From positions 23,190,001-23,254,000 of the forward strand of contig CM075988.1 of the NCBI GenBank assembly GCA_038087875.1: DNA of 64,000 nucleotides, given 5' to 3'. Shown here piece after piece: positions 12,697-24,352 of the stretch (within the stretch, counting starts at the first letter, position 1; each line of letters opens with the position of its first letter). The position numbers and the translations under genes are program-made. The notes under the pieces were generated by a model. That model searched no databases and was not told where the DNA came from. It saw only the letters and a list, made by a program, of their open reading frames with translations. The stretch comes from Malacoraja senta (Eukaryota).

Positions 12697-13447
12697 CAAT
12701 GTTCTGGAGTAACTCAGCGGGTCAGGCACCATCTCTGGAGGACATGGACATAGAGTGCTGGAGTAACTCAGTGGGTCAGGCACCATCTCTGGAGGACATG
12801 GACATAGAGTGCTGGAGTAACTCAGTGGGTCAGGCAGCATCTCTGGAGGACATGGACAGAGTGCTGGAGTAACTCAGTGGGTCAGGCACCATCTCTGGAG
12901 GACATGGACATAGAGTGCTGGAGTAACTCAGTGGGTCAGGCACCATCTCTGGAGGACATGGACATAGAGTGCTGGAGTAACTCAGTGGGTCACGCAGCAT
13001 CTCTGGAGGACATGGACATAGAGTGCTGGATTAGCTCAGCGGGTCAGGCAGCATCTCTGGAGGACATGGACAGAGTGCTGGAGTAACTCAGTGGGTCAGG
13101 CACCATCTCTGGAGGACATGGACATAGAGTGCTGGAGTAACTCAGTGGGTCAGGCACCATCTCTGGAGGACATGGACATAGAGTGCTGGAGTAACTCAGT
13201 GGGTCACGCAGCATCTCTGGAGGACATGGACATAGAGTGCTGGATTAGCTCAGCGGGTCAGGCACCATCTCTGGAGGACATGGACATAGAGTGCTGGAGT
13301 AACTCAGTGGGTCAGGCAGCATCTCTGGAGGACATGGACACAGAGTGCTGGAGTAACTTAGTGGGTCAGGCAGCATCTCTGGAGGACATGGACATAGAGT
13401 GCTGGAGTAACTCAGTGGGTCAGGCAGCATCTCTGGAGGACATGGAT
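12697..13447 (+). repeat. 54-bp minisatellite (14 units) derived from the PLE terminal repeat
   Basis: Unit TAGAGTGCTGGAGTAACTCAGTGGGTCAGGCACCATCTCTGGAGGACATGGACA; two 52-bp variants. Confidence 0.95.
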
Positions 13448-13711
13448 AGGTGACGTTTGAGGTCAAGACTCTTCTTCAAAGTGAAGTATGGACATGACCT
13501 GAAGCATCACCTAACCATGTCCTCCATAGATGCTGCCTGATCTGTTGATACTCCAGCACTCTGTGTTCTACACAAGATTACAGCAAACTGCAATTCCTTT
13601 CTTGTATTAAAGATCTAATACAATTGATTAGATTTGATTGTCTTCTAATCAATAGCTCAATGGTGGTGGAGGAAGATAGTGGCATTTAAGAAGCTTTTAG
13701 GTAGGCGCACG

Positions 13712-14005
13712 AGTTTAGTTTAGACTTTAGACTTTAAAGAAACAGCGCGGAAACAGGCCCTTCGGCTCACCGAGTCCCTCCGATCATCGATCACCCCGTT
13801 CACTAGCCTACACACACCAGAGACAATTTGACGACTTACCAAAGCCAATCAAGCTACAAACCTGAAAGTCTTTGGAGTGTGGAAGGAAACTGATGCGGTC
13901 ACAGGGAGAACGTACAAACTCCATACAGACAGCACCCGTAGTTAGGATTGAACCTGGGTCTCTGGCGCTGTAGGGCAGCAACTCTACCGTTGTGCCACCG
14001 TGCCG
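13712..14005 (-). mobile_element. HE1/V-SINE-type SINE
   Basis: Reverse-complement head, body and tail. Confidence 0.87.
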
Positions 14006-14852
14006 TCCCAGAGACCCGGGTTCAATCCTGAACTCCAGCTTAGGTTATCTTGGCATCAAGTTGAGCACAGTCATTGTGGGCCGAAGGGCCTGTTCCTGTG
14101 CTGTACTGTTCTATGCCCTACGTTCTGTTATTACGTATGTCTCACATTCACTATTAGATTGTCCTGGACGCCATCATTTCCCACAAGTGTTCTGCTCTAA
14201 CTGAACGGGACATTTCTCATTCACAATTTCTCTTTCAGTCTCACTGGCTGCATGAACAATGATACCAGAAGCTTGTAGTTTCTCAGATACTTCCACACAA
14301 AGAAATCAAAACTCAATATTTACATAACAGAAACAATTAAGGCTTAAATTAAAGCAATGAATTGCTTCGGGAGCCCGTGGTAATGGATTATCAAAGGCAT
14401 TGTCGCAAGCTGCAGAACGTTAGAGTATGTTTTTTAATCAGCAATAATTTTTAAAACCAAGACTTCACGACAAAGTGAATGTTTGGAATTGCAAGCGAAT
14501 GTATTTAATACATAACTGATGTGCCATTAACAGCCGTTCATACCAACCAAAGCATGGGTACTGGGATTACACTGACTTTTTTTATAGATGATAAGAACAT
14601 GACCACTATCAGAGGGATAGCTTCCCGTCAATATATTATTAGCAAATTTATTTTTAGACAAGCAGGTGGCCTTGGGGTGGTTATGTTGCTGGAAGACAGG
14701 CCGTATCGAAAGCTCCCGTAATGTGAAGTGGTGTCAACTGTGCAAATGTAAAGAAAGACCAGTCAGATACAGCGCGGAAACAGGTCCTTCGGCCCATCGA
14801 GTCCGTGCCGACCAGCGATTGCCCCGTAAACTCACACTACCCTACACTGGGG

Positions 14853-15440
14853 ACAATAGACAATAGACAATAGGTGCAGGAGTAGGCCATTCGGCCCTTC
14901 GAGCCAGCACCGCCATTCAATGTGATCATGGCTGATCATCCCCAATCAGTACCCCGTTCCTGCCTTCTCCCCATATCCCCTGACTCCGCTATCTTTAAGA
15001 GCCCTATCTAGCTCTCTCTTGAAAGCATCCAGAGAACCCGCCTCCACCGCCCTCTGAGGCAGAGAATTCCACAGACTCACCACTCTCTGTAAGAAAAGGT
15101 GTTTCCTCGTCTCCGTTCTAAATGGCTTACTCCTTATTCTTAAACTGTGGCCCCTGGTTCTGGACTCCCCCCAACATCGGGAACATGTTTCCTGCCTCTA
15201 GTGTGTCCAAGCCCTTAACAATCTTATATGTTTCAATGAGATACCCTCGCATCCTTCTAAACTCCAGAGCGTACAAGCCCAGCTGCTCCATTCTCTCAGC
15301 ATATGACAGTCCCGCCATCCCGGGAATTAACCTTGTAAACCTACGCTGCACTCCCTCAATAGCAAGAATGTCTTTCCTCAAATTAGGGGACCAAAACTGC
15401 ACACAATACTCCAGGTGTGGTCTCACTAGGGCTCTGTACA
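14853..15440 (-). mobile_element. Young CR1 LINE 3' end nested in a SINE (SINE pieces 14765-14857 and 15445-15648)
   Basis: ORF YRALVRPHLEYCVQFWSP...IEGVQRRFTRLIPGM; (agacaat)n tail; ACAAT at both junctions. Confidence 0.93.
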
Positions 15441-15919
15441 ATTTAGAATTTTTACCGAAGCCAACATTTAACCTACAAACCTGTACGTCTTTGGAGAGTG
15501 GGAGGAAATCGGAGCGCCCGGAGAAAACCCACGCAGGGCACGGGAAGAACGTCCAAACTCCGTACAGACATCACCCGTAGTCAGGATTGAACCTGGGTCT
15601 CTGGCGTTGTAAGGCAGCAACTCTACCGCTGCGCCACAGTGCCACCCCAGTTGAAAAATATATAAATTTCATTTTGATTTATTTACATTTTATTCCACAC
15701 ATATTCTGTGAGCGTGATCTCTGTGGCACACCTCAAAGTTTTTGATAGTGATTTGTGAATTCCATAAGAGAAAATTTGCATAACCCCGATGGCCATAAGA
15801 AATGAGTAATAAGCTTGGGTTCCTGCGGTGACTCAGTCACCTTCCGAATCCCCCAGGATATTCCACACTCGAAAGGCCACAGGCTTGATTTGTACGGGTG
15901 TCAGGGGTTATGGGGAGAA

Positions 15920-16244
15920 GGGCGGCACAATGGCGCAGCGGTAGAGTTGCTGCCTCACAGCGCTTTCAGCGCCAGAGACCCAGGTTCGATCCCGACTACG
16001 GGTGCTGTCTGTACGGAGTTTGTACGTTCTCCCCGTGACCTGTGTGGGTTTTCTCCGAGATCTTCGTTTTCCTCCCACACTCCAAAGACGTACAGGTTTG
16101 TAGGTTGATTGGCTTTCTATAAATGTAATTTGTCCCTAGTGTGTATAAGATAGTGTAAGTGCGTGGGTGTCACTGGTCTGCGTGGACTCGATGGGCCGAA
16201 GGGCCTGTTTCCTCGCTGTATCTCCAAACTAAACTCTAAACTAA
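15920..16244 (+). mobile_element. HE1/V-SINE-type SINE
   Basis: A and B boxes, body and tail; inserted in a CR1 3' UTR. Confidence 0.9.
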
Positions 16245-17014
16245 AGGCAGGAGAATGGGGTTAGGAGGGTCATAAGGAACAGGAATAGGATTAGGCCATT
16301 CGGCCCATCAAGTCTACTCCGTCATTCAATCATGGATGATCTATCTCTCTCTCCCAACCCCATTCTCCTGCCTTCTCCCCATAACCTCGGACACCCGTAC
16401 TAATCAAGAATCTATCCATCTCTGCCTTAAATATATCCACTGACTTGGCCTCCACAGCCGTCTGTGGCAAAGAATTCCACAGATTCACCACCCTCTGACT
16501 AAAGAACTTGAACACGCGTGGGAGAGATAGATCTACCATGATTGAATGGCAGAGTGGGCTTGATGGGCTGAATGGCCTAATTCTGCTCCTATCACATGAC
16601 CTTATGACCTTGTGACGTGGAGCTTGATGGCAGATTCCCCACTCGTCTGCAATGAAGCTCCTGGTGAGCTGTGGCCACACATCGACAGCAGGCCTGGCCC
16701 TCCCGCCGCCGAACCGGGAACCTGCCTGGCGTTATCCGAGGCTCATCCCCTGCTCGACCCCGGAGACCAGGAACCGGGGAGGAATGTGAAGGGTGGGGGG
16801 GAGGCGGCCATGGCAGCGGATGCTGGGCCGTTTACAAGATGGCGGCCGGCAGAGGGGATGATCAGTGTCGTCACAGCAACGAGCCTTTAAGGCCAAGATA
16901 AGACGGCACTCTTAAGAACTTTGGAACTTTGTTGGCGCCAGAAAGGTGGCGACTCTTTGTGTACTGTCTCGGTGAAGTCTACTATTACACATCATCATCA
17001 TCATCATTGGCCAT

Positions 17015-17418
17015 AAGAAGGATGAGAGGGTATCTCATTGAAACATATAAGATTGTTAAGGGCTTGGACACGCTAGAGGCAGGAAACATGTTCCCGATGT
17101 TGGGGGAGTCCAGAACCAGGGGCCACAGTTTAAGAATAAGGGGTAAGCTATTTAGAACAGAGACAAGGAAACACTTTTTCTCACAGAGAGTGGTGAGTCT
17201 GTGGAATTCTCTGCCTCAGAGGGCGGTGGAGGCAGGTTCTCTGGATGCTTTCAAGAGAGAGCTAGATAGGGCTCTTAAGGATAGCGGAGTCAGGGGATAT
17301 GGGGAGAAGGCAGGAACGGGGTACTGATTGGGGATGATCAGCCATGATCACATTGAATGGCGGTGCTGGCTCGAAGGGCCAAATGGCCTACTCCTGCACC
17401 TATTGTCTATTGTCTATT
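17015..17418 (+). mobile_element. Young CR1 LINE 3' end inserted in a (CAT)n tract
   Basis: RRMRGYLIETYKI...FKRELD; (ctattgt)n tail; CAT repeats on both sides. Confidence 0.92.
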
Positions 17419-17479
17419 ATCATCATCATTATGAGTGCAGCTCCAACATTCTCGGGAAATTCAATACCATCCAGGCACT

Positions 17480-18135
17480 CAATACTGCGCTCGGTCTGCC
17501 ACGGCCTACACAATCTCCCGGTGGCCAACCATTATTAATCCCTTCCCATTCCATTCTGACCTTTCACTCCTCAGCCTCCCACGATTGCTAGAGTCATGCC
17601 ACACACAAACTGGATGAACAGCACCTCATATTTCACTTGGGTAGCTTACAACCTAATGGCAAGAACATTGAATTCTCCATTTTTAGGTAACTAACCTACA
17701 AAAAAAACCCTGTCTTCTCGACTCTCCCCCTCTACTCCCCCTCTTCTCCGTGCCCCAGCTGTATTAGCACCCATTTCACTGATTCACTTTCCCCCATCCA
17801 CTCCCACCCTTATTCCTTCCTCTGGCTTCACAATCCACACCTTTTCTATCCATTCCTCCTCATCCCACACTTTTTAATCCTCTCATCTCTGGTCTTTCTC
17901 CAACGATCTGCCTATCATCCCCCCTCACCTGCATCCACTTATCACTTGCCCTCACCTGCCATTCAGCTTTCTCTCCCCCCTCCCCCCCGCCCCCTACTAC
18001 AATCAGTCGGTAGAAGGGTCCCGACCCAAAACATTACCTATCCATGCTCATGTTCTCCAGAGATGCTGCCTGGCGCGTTGAGTTACTCCAGCACTTTATG
18101 TCCTTCTGTGTAAACCAGCATCTGCAGTTCCTTGT
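17480..18135 (+). mobile_element. Penelope-like element 3' remnant (GIY-YIG C-terminus, UTR, terminal repeat)
   Basis: Frameshifted LPVANH..HSDLS..KLDEQHLIFHLGSLQPNGKNIEFSIFR*; pyrimidine-rich UTR; degenerate hammerhead motif near 18008; common terminal repeat. Confidence 0.8.
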
Positions 18136-18989
18136 TTCTACGAGACGACCTTGACATTGGTTCACTAAGCCTTCCAGTGGAATTGGAAAGTTTTGCAGAA
18201 ATGGCATTGGCAGCTACTTTCCAATGCCGTGAGATGCCTGCTGATGGCAGCCCAGGTCACAGAAGCTTTTTTGTAAACCCAACATCTGCAGTTCCTCATA
18301 TCTTCATCCAGGCCAAAGAAGCCCTCTTGATAGGCGACCACTGCAGCACTCCAAACACCCATTCCCTCCACCAACGGCATACAGCGGCTACAATATTTAC
18401 AGTCTACAAAACGCACTACAGTTAGGCACCCAGTCTACTCCAACAGCAGTCCCATGCCCATGACATCCATCACTAGGAAGGACAAGGGCAGAACGTACAT
18501 GGGAGCACCATTGCATGCTCCCCTATGCATCACTCCTGATTGCAAATCCATGCAGTTCGTTAATTAGTTTAGTTTATGTTTATGGTCATGTGTACCGAGA
18601 TGTCGTGCTAACCAGTCGGCAGAAAGACTACATGATTACAATTGAGCCGTCCACAGTGTACAGATACATGATAAAGGGAAGAACATTTAGTGCAAAATAG
18701 AGTCCAGTAAAGGTTGAGGCGCTGCCGTGCTTTCTTGACCATTGCTTCCACATGGGTAGTCCAAGACAGGTTGCTGATGATATTACCTGTCCTTTCAGTC
18801 TGGAGAATGGATTCCTATCTAAAATGTCACCTATCAATGTTCTCCGGAGACGCTGCCTGACCCGCTGAGTTACTCCAGCATTTTGTGTCTTTCCTTGCTA
18901 AACCAGCATCTGCAGTTCCTTGGTTCTACCTGTTCTGTAGTGTCACTTGGTCTATGTCCCGGGACTCCCTGGCCAACAGCATTACCGGA

Positions 18990-19042
18990 GGGGTGGGAAA
19001 TTGCAACCTTCACGTGGTCCGCCCTGTTTCGACTAATGCAAT
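18990..19042 (+). ncRNA. Minimal HDV-like (CPEB3-type) self-cleaving ribozyme, predicted
   Basis: P1 GGGGUGG/CCGCCCU with G1.U wobble; J1/2 GAA; P2 AUUGCA/UGCAAU; P3 ACC/GGU; L3 UUCACGU; vestigial P4 (GUUUCGA); J4/2 CUAA with putative catalytic C at 19033. Confidence 0.8.
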
Positions 19043-19129
19043 CAACCTGACGTGCACTAACAAATAGATCAAATAGAACAAGTTGACCCACAACTTTAGG
19101 CTGTGCACGCCATACGCAAGAAGAAGAAG
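18990..19129 (+). mobile_element. ~140-bp non-autonomous retroposon with HDV-like ribozyme head and (AAG)n tail, copy 1
   Basis: Flanked by direct repeat CATTACCGGA(G) (18980-18990 and 19130-19140); ends in AAGAAGAAGAAG; homologous end to end with 36955-37095 (-). Confidence 0.9.
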
Positions 19130-19179
19130 CATTACCGGAGTATCTTCAGCAGAAGGACCAGGTGAAGCTGATGAAGCAA

Positions 19180-19552
19180 CAGACAATAGACAATAGGTGC
19201 AGGAGTAGGCCATTCGGCCCTTCGAGCCAGCACCGCCATTCAATGTGATCATGGCTGATCATCGCCAATCAGTACCCCGTTCCTGCCTTCTCCCCATATC
19301 CCCTGACTCCGCTATCTTTAAGAGCCCTATCTAGCTCTCTCTTGAAAGCATCCAGAGAACCTGCCTCCACCGCCCTCTGCGGCAGAGAATTCCGCAGACT
19401 CACCACTCTCTGTGAGAAAAAGTGTTTCCTCGTCTCCGTTCTAAATGGCTTACTCCTTATTCTTAAACTGTGGCCCCTGGTTCTGGACTCCCCCAACATC
19501 GGGAACATGTTTCCTGCCTCTAGCGTGTCCAAGCCCTTAACAATCTTATATG
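19180..19552 (-). mobile_element. Young CR1 LINE 3' end
   Basis: TYKIVKGLDTLEAGNMFP...FKRELD; (agacaat)n tail. Confidence 0.92.
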
Positions 19553-19886
19553 TTATATAACAGCTCTCCATCACCATCTCAAGAATAATTAAGGATGGGC
19601 AAGAAATTCACTCACTTCTGGCAGTAGACAGATGCTAAAAATAGGAAATGATGCTCTGCATAGAATATTATGAGTGCCGGCCACTTTATGTTAAATGCCT
19701 TGCCTACCATTTTAACAGCATGGTTAATTCACATGAAAGTATTGGGCTAATGGCTGCTTAAAGAAAGCTGGAACAAACGGATGAGGCATCTGAAGAAGGG
19801 TCTCGATCCGAAATGTCACCCATTCTTTCTCTCCAGAGATGCTGCCTGTCCTGCTGAGTTACTCCAGCCTTTTGTGTCTATCTTTG

Positions 19887-20470
19887 CTTTATTTTGTTTT
19901 AAATTTCAAAATAGACTTTATTCCGGTAATAAATATATACAATACATGAACCATGCAAAAAATCCATCTGACATTTTCGGAGGCTATACTAATTATTCAA
20001 TACAGTCTACATACATTGCTCAACTTTCACAAATTTGTCCCCCACCCTTGCCACTCATGTGGCCCACTGGCGTGGAATCCCTTCCCTTATTTTGAGGGGC
20101 GTCTCCACCATACCGTGCCCCCCATGTCCAGCAGCGGAAGGACCCTAGACTGTGGCTCTCCCCCACCGAGCCTTGGCGTTGGCTGCACCGAGCTTCTGTG
20201 CATCCCTCAGCACGTACTCCTGCCGTCTGCAGCGGGCCAGTCGGCAACATTCCCCGACGGACATCTCGTTCCGCTGGGTGGTGAACAACGCTCGGGCAGA
20301 CCAAAGAGCGTCTTTCACCGAGTTGATGACCTTCCAGCAGCACTCGATGTCAGTCTCTGAATGCGTCCCTGGGAACAGTCCGTAAATCACAGAGTCCTCT
20401 GTGACGGAGCTGTTCGGAATAAACCGTGACAGGGACCCTTGCAGACCTCTCCAGACTATCTCCGGTTTAT
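19887..20470 (-). mobile_element. Tx1/L1-clade LINE ORF2 C-terminus and 3' UTR
   Basis: VWRGLQGSLSRFIP...VIYGLFPG...WKVINSVKDALWSAR...AKARWG; AATAAA and A-rich end. Confidence 0.8.
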
Positions 20471-21007
20471 CTGCAGTTCCTTGCTTGGATGAGGATGTTG
20501 GGCATGGCATTCGCTGACGGCTGCTTCCAGTACATGCAACCACCAAACAGCCAGAGGAAGATAGATCAAGTCAAGAATTCACCTTTATAAATCTCGGTAT
20601 TTTCTTACCTGTGGGCTAAACTATAACATACATTGCATCTGTCAATTGTTTCTGTGCAAGTTGTAGCTTGTGATTGGGAGAATGTGACAGCAGCATCTAT
20701 TTGCATAAAATATGCCCAAAAGTCACATCAGACACTTCATCTGAGCATCTGCAAAGATTCTGGATGGTGGGAAGATCGTACCTATTAGCTACAGTCAGTC
20801 AGGAAGGGGTGGTAGACATAAACTCACAGTGTAACTCCAATTAGAATCAGAACAGGGAAGATCATTCAGAGGCAAAATTGAAGCCTCTTTATCTCAATTC
20901 ATCAGCATTTGTAACAAGTGTACAAAATAGAAAGGAATAGATCGGGTAGACGCACAGAGTCTTTTGCCCAGAGTAGCGGAATCGAGAACCAGAGGACGTA
21001 GGTTCTC

Positions 21008-21368
21008 TTGGGGTTGGACAGGCTAGATGCAGGAAGATTGTTCCCGATGTTGGGGAAGTCCAGGACAAGGGGTCACAGCTTAAGGATAAGGGGGAAATCC
21101 TTTAAGACCGAGATGAGGAAAAACTTTTTCACACAGAGAGTGGTGAATCTCAGGAACTCTCTGCCACAGAGGGTAGTTGAGGCCAGTTCATTGGCTATAT
21201 TTAAGAGGGAGTTAGATGTGGCCCTTGTGGCTAAGGGGATCAGGGGGTATGGAGAGAAGGCAGGTACGGGATACTGAGTTGGATGATCAGCCATGATCAT
21301 ATTGAATGGCGGTGCAGGCTCGAAGGGCCGAATGGCCTACTCCTGCACCTATTTTCTATGTATCTATC
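21008..21368 (+). mobile_element. CR1 LINE 3' end nested in an older CR1 (20920-21007, 21369-21505)
   Basis: GLDRLDAGRLFP...RTRGHSLR...FKRELD; older element resumes after the tail. Confidence 0.88.
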
Positions 21369-21544
21369 TAAGGTGAGGGGGCGAAGAGTTAATAGGAGCC
21401 TGAGAGGCAACTTTCACACACAAAGGGTGGTGGTTGTGTGGAATGAGCTGCCGGAGGAGGTAGTTGAGGGAGGTACTATCGCAATGATTGGCAGATGCGT
21501 GGATAAAGGCGAGAGAAGAAAAGGAGACATAAGGCTATGGGATG

Positions 21545-22130
21545 TTTAGCTTAGTTTAGAGATACAGTGGGGAAACATGCCCTTCGGCCCACTGAGTCCA
21601 TGCTGACCATCGATCACCATGCACTAGTTATATGTGATCCCACTCTCGCATCCTACAAACTAGGGAAAATTTACAGAAGCCCAAAAAAACTCCAAACCTG
21701 CCGTCTTTGGAGTGTGGGAGGAGGCTGGAGCACCCGGAGAAAACCCACGCGGTCACAGGGAGAACGTACAAACTTCTATTTTCTTTTCTTCTCTTTTCTT
21801 CTTTTACTCTCTTTCTTCTATTTTCTTTGTCTTAACTTTCTTTTTTCACTCTCTATTTTTCTTTTTCACACACCATATATCTCACATTTTTCTATTTTCA
21901 TTATCTAACTTTTTTCTTTTTCTTCTTTATTACAATTTTTTTTTTAAATAAGAAGCTGTACATAAAAGGTATTATGAAAATATGATTGTATACAATTGTA
22001 CTTACTTCTAATAAAATTAAAATATTTTAAAAATAGAACGTACAAACTCGGCACAGACAGCACCCGTGGTCAGGATCGAACCCGGGTCTCTGGCGCTGTG
22101 AGGCAGCAACTCTACCGCTGCGCCACCGTG
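21545..22130 (-). mobile_element. SINE split by an L1-like 3' UTR insertion (21775-22035, +)
   Basis: agaacgtacaaact is duplicated on both sides of a T-rich insert related to 25440-25660. Confidence 0.8.
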
Positions 22131-22639
22131 CTGGAGAAAAGAGAAGTGAAACGTGAAGCCAATCGGAGGGATTATAGGTGGAAGGGGACAGGGGGCAGGG
22201 GATTGGAAAGAGGGACATGGTGGTGGGAGAAATAGGTCTGCACTGGAGAGAGAGAGGGGGGAGTGGATGGGGTGTTACTGGAAATTGTGATGTTCACTTT
22301 GCTGGGTTGAAAGCTGCCGAGGCAGAATGGAGTCAAGAGTTGCTTCATTGTCATGTGTCCCAGATAGAATAATCAAATTCTTACTTGCAGCAGCACAACA
22401 GAATATGTAAACATAGTATATGTTTACAATATAAGTATATGTAAGTATAAGTATATATACATAGTATATGTAAACAATATAATAATCGAGAGAGAAAAAA
22501 AGTTCAGTGTGTGTATATATGCACATACTCACAAATACATATATATACATATCAGGTATGTATATATATATATATATAGACACAAAAAGCTGGAGTAACT
22601 CAGCAGGACAGGCAGCATCTCTGGAGAGAAGGAATGGGC

Positions 22640-22667
22640 GACGTTTCGGGTCGAGACCCTTCTTCAG
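22640..22667 (-). ncRNA. Minimal hammerhead ribozyme motif in PLE terminal repeat
   Basis: Minus strand reads CTGAAGA-A-GGGT-CTCG-ACCC-GAAAC-GTC. Confidence 0.58.
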
Positions 22668-23009
22668 ACTGAATATATATATACACACACACGCACACAT
22701 ACGTACACACATAGAAATACGAGGTATGGTTCCTCCAGTATGGGTGTGGCCTCCCTCTGACAATGGAGGCCCAGGACAGAAATATTGTTGCCTGTTGCCC
22801 CATTTCTCCGTTGGCAGATATTATACCTACAAATTTAAAAAGCCAAGTGTAAATGAGGACTTATTGATGCTCCCAAGATCTAAAAGCAACCCAAAATTAA
22901 TCTCTGACTGGAGAACCTGCCAATATTTCCAAGCTAATAGTTACTCTTGGTCGGATCTGTCACCATTACATGATTTTTTTGGTTTTGTTTGAGCTTTTCT
23001 AGTTATTAG

Positions 23010-23308
23010 TGTGGCACGGTGGTGCAGCGGTAGAGTTGCTGCCTCACAGCGCCAGAGACCCAGGTTCGATCCTAACTACGGGTGCTGTCTGTACGGAGTT
23101 TGTACGTTCTCCTTGTGTCCGCAGGGGTTTTCTCCCGGAAGCTCCGGTTTCCTCCCACACTCCAAAGACATACAGGTTTGTAGGTATAAATGTAAAATGC
23201 CCCTCGTGTGTGCAGGGTAGTGTTAGTGTGCGGGGATCCCTGGTCGGCGCGGACTCAATGGGCCGAAGGGCCTGTTTCCGCGCTGTATCTCTAAACTAAA
23301 CTAAACTA
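23010..23308 (+). mobile_element. HE1/V-SINE-type SINE
   Basis: A and B boxes; (ctaaa)n tail. Confidence 0.92.
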
Positions 23309-24030
23309 GTAAGTTCAGGCTTTCAGATACAATCAAAAAATAGAAGCAATGCACTGAGGACATAGAAAATAGAACAGTACAGCACAGGAACTGGCCCTTC
23401 GGCCCACAATATTTGTGCTGAACATGATGCCGTTAAACTAATCCTCTCTGCCTATCCATGTGTTAATCTAAAAGCCCCACTCTGTATTCAACACCTCCCC
23501 AGGCAGTGTATTGTACTCTTTTTGATTGTGTGACTGTATGGTAAATCAAATTCCACTGTACCCTAATTGGTGCATGTGGCAATGAATGTGAACTTGATAT
23601 ATTTAAAAGTATATTCAGGGGATTTCAGGCACACACCACCCTTTGTGTAAAACATACTTGCCCCACACCTATTTTTTAAACCTTTCCCCTCTTACCCTTA
23701 AGCTGCGCCCTCTAGTCTTTGACATTCCACCCTAGGAAAAAGGTTCTGACTCTCTACCCTGCCTGTGCCTCTCATCATTTTAAATACTTTACGTATATTA
23801 AACAAAAAAAGAGTTGAGTTTTATTTTTTCTAAAGTAATATCATGAATTGGCCTCACTTAATTGTGCTCAAACGATTTTTATTGAAATTGACTATATTAC
23901 AGCACATGATGAAGTCTGGTCAAGTTGAGTCAAGTTTATTGTCCAGTACGGTGAGGTACAGGTACAATGGAGATCTTGCTTGCAGCAGCATTGCAGGCAC
24001 ATGAACTCAGACAAAACACAAAACAGGTTA

Positions 24031-24352
24031 AACCCCTGTCCCACGGTACGAGTTCATTCCAAGAGTTCTCCCGAGTTTGCCCTGATTCGAACTCGGAGAT
24101 TTACGGTAATGGCCACTCGTCGGTACTCGGGGCTCTCGTGGACATTTTTCGTCATGTTGAAAAATCTTCACAATTCTTCATGTGCTTACCTGCCGTTAGC
24201 GAGGCTTACCGAGTACCTGCCGTTAGCGCTAAGAGACGTCCCCGAGCTCCGACGTACCCGCTACGTACATTCTCCGTGCTTACCACGAGTTTGATTTTTT
24301 TTTTAAACTCGGGAGAGCTCATGGAATGAACTCGTACCGTGGGACAGGGCTA
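24031..24352. mobile_element. PIF/Harbinger-type MITE
   Basis: TTA TSD on both sides; long TIR cctgtcccacggtacgagttcattcca. Confidence 0.9.

Noticed and set aside
12697..13453. CRISPR-like array or repeat-protein ORFs
   Set aside because: Head-to-tail 54-bp units without unique spacers; PLE-derived; no cas genes; vertebrate DNA
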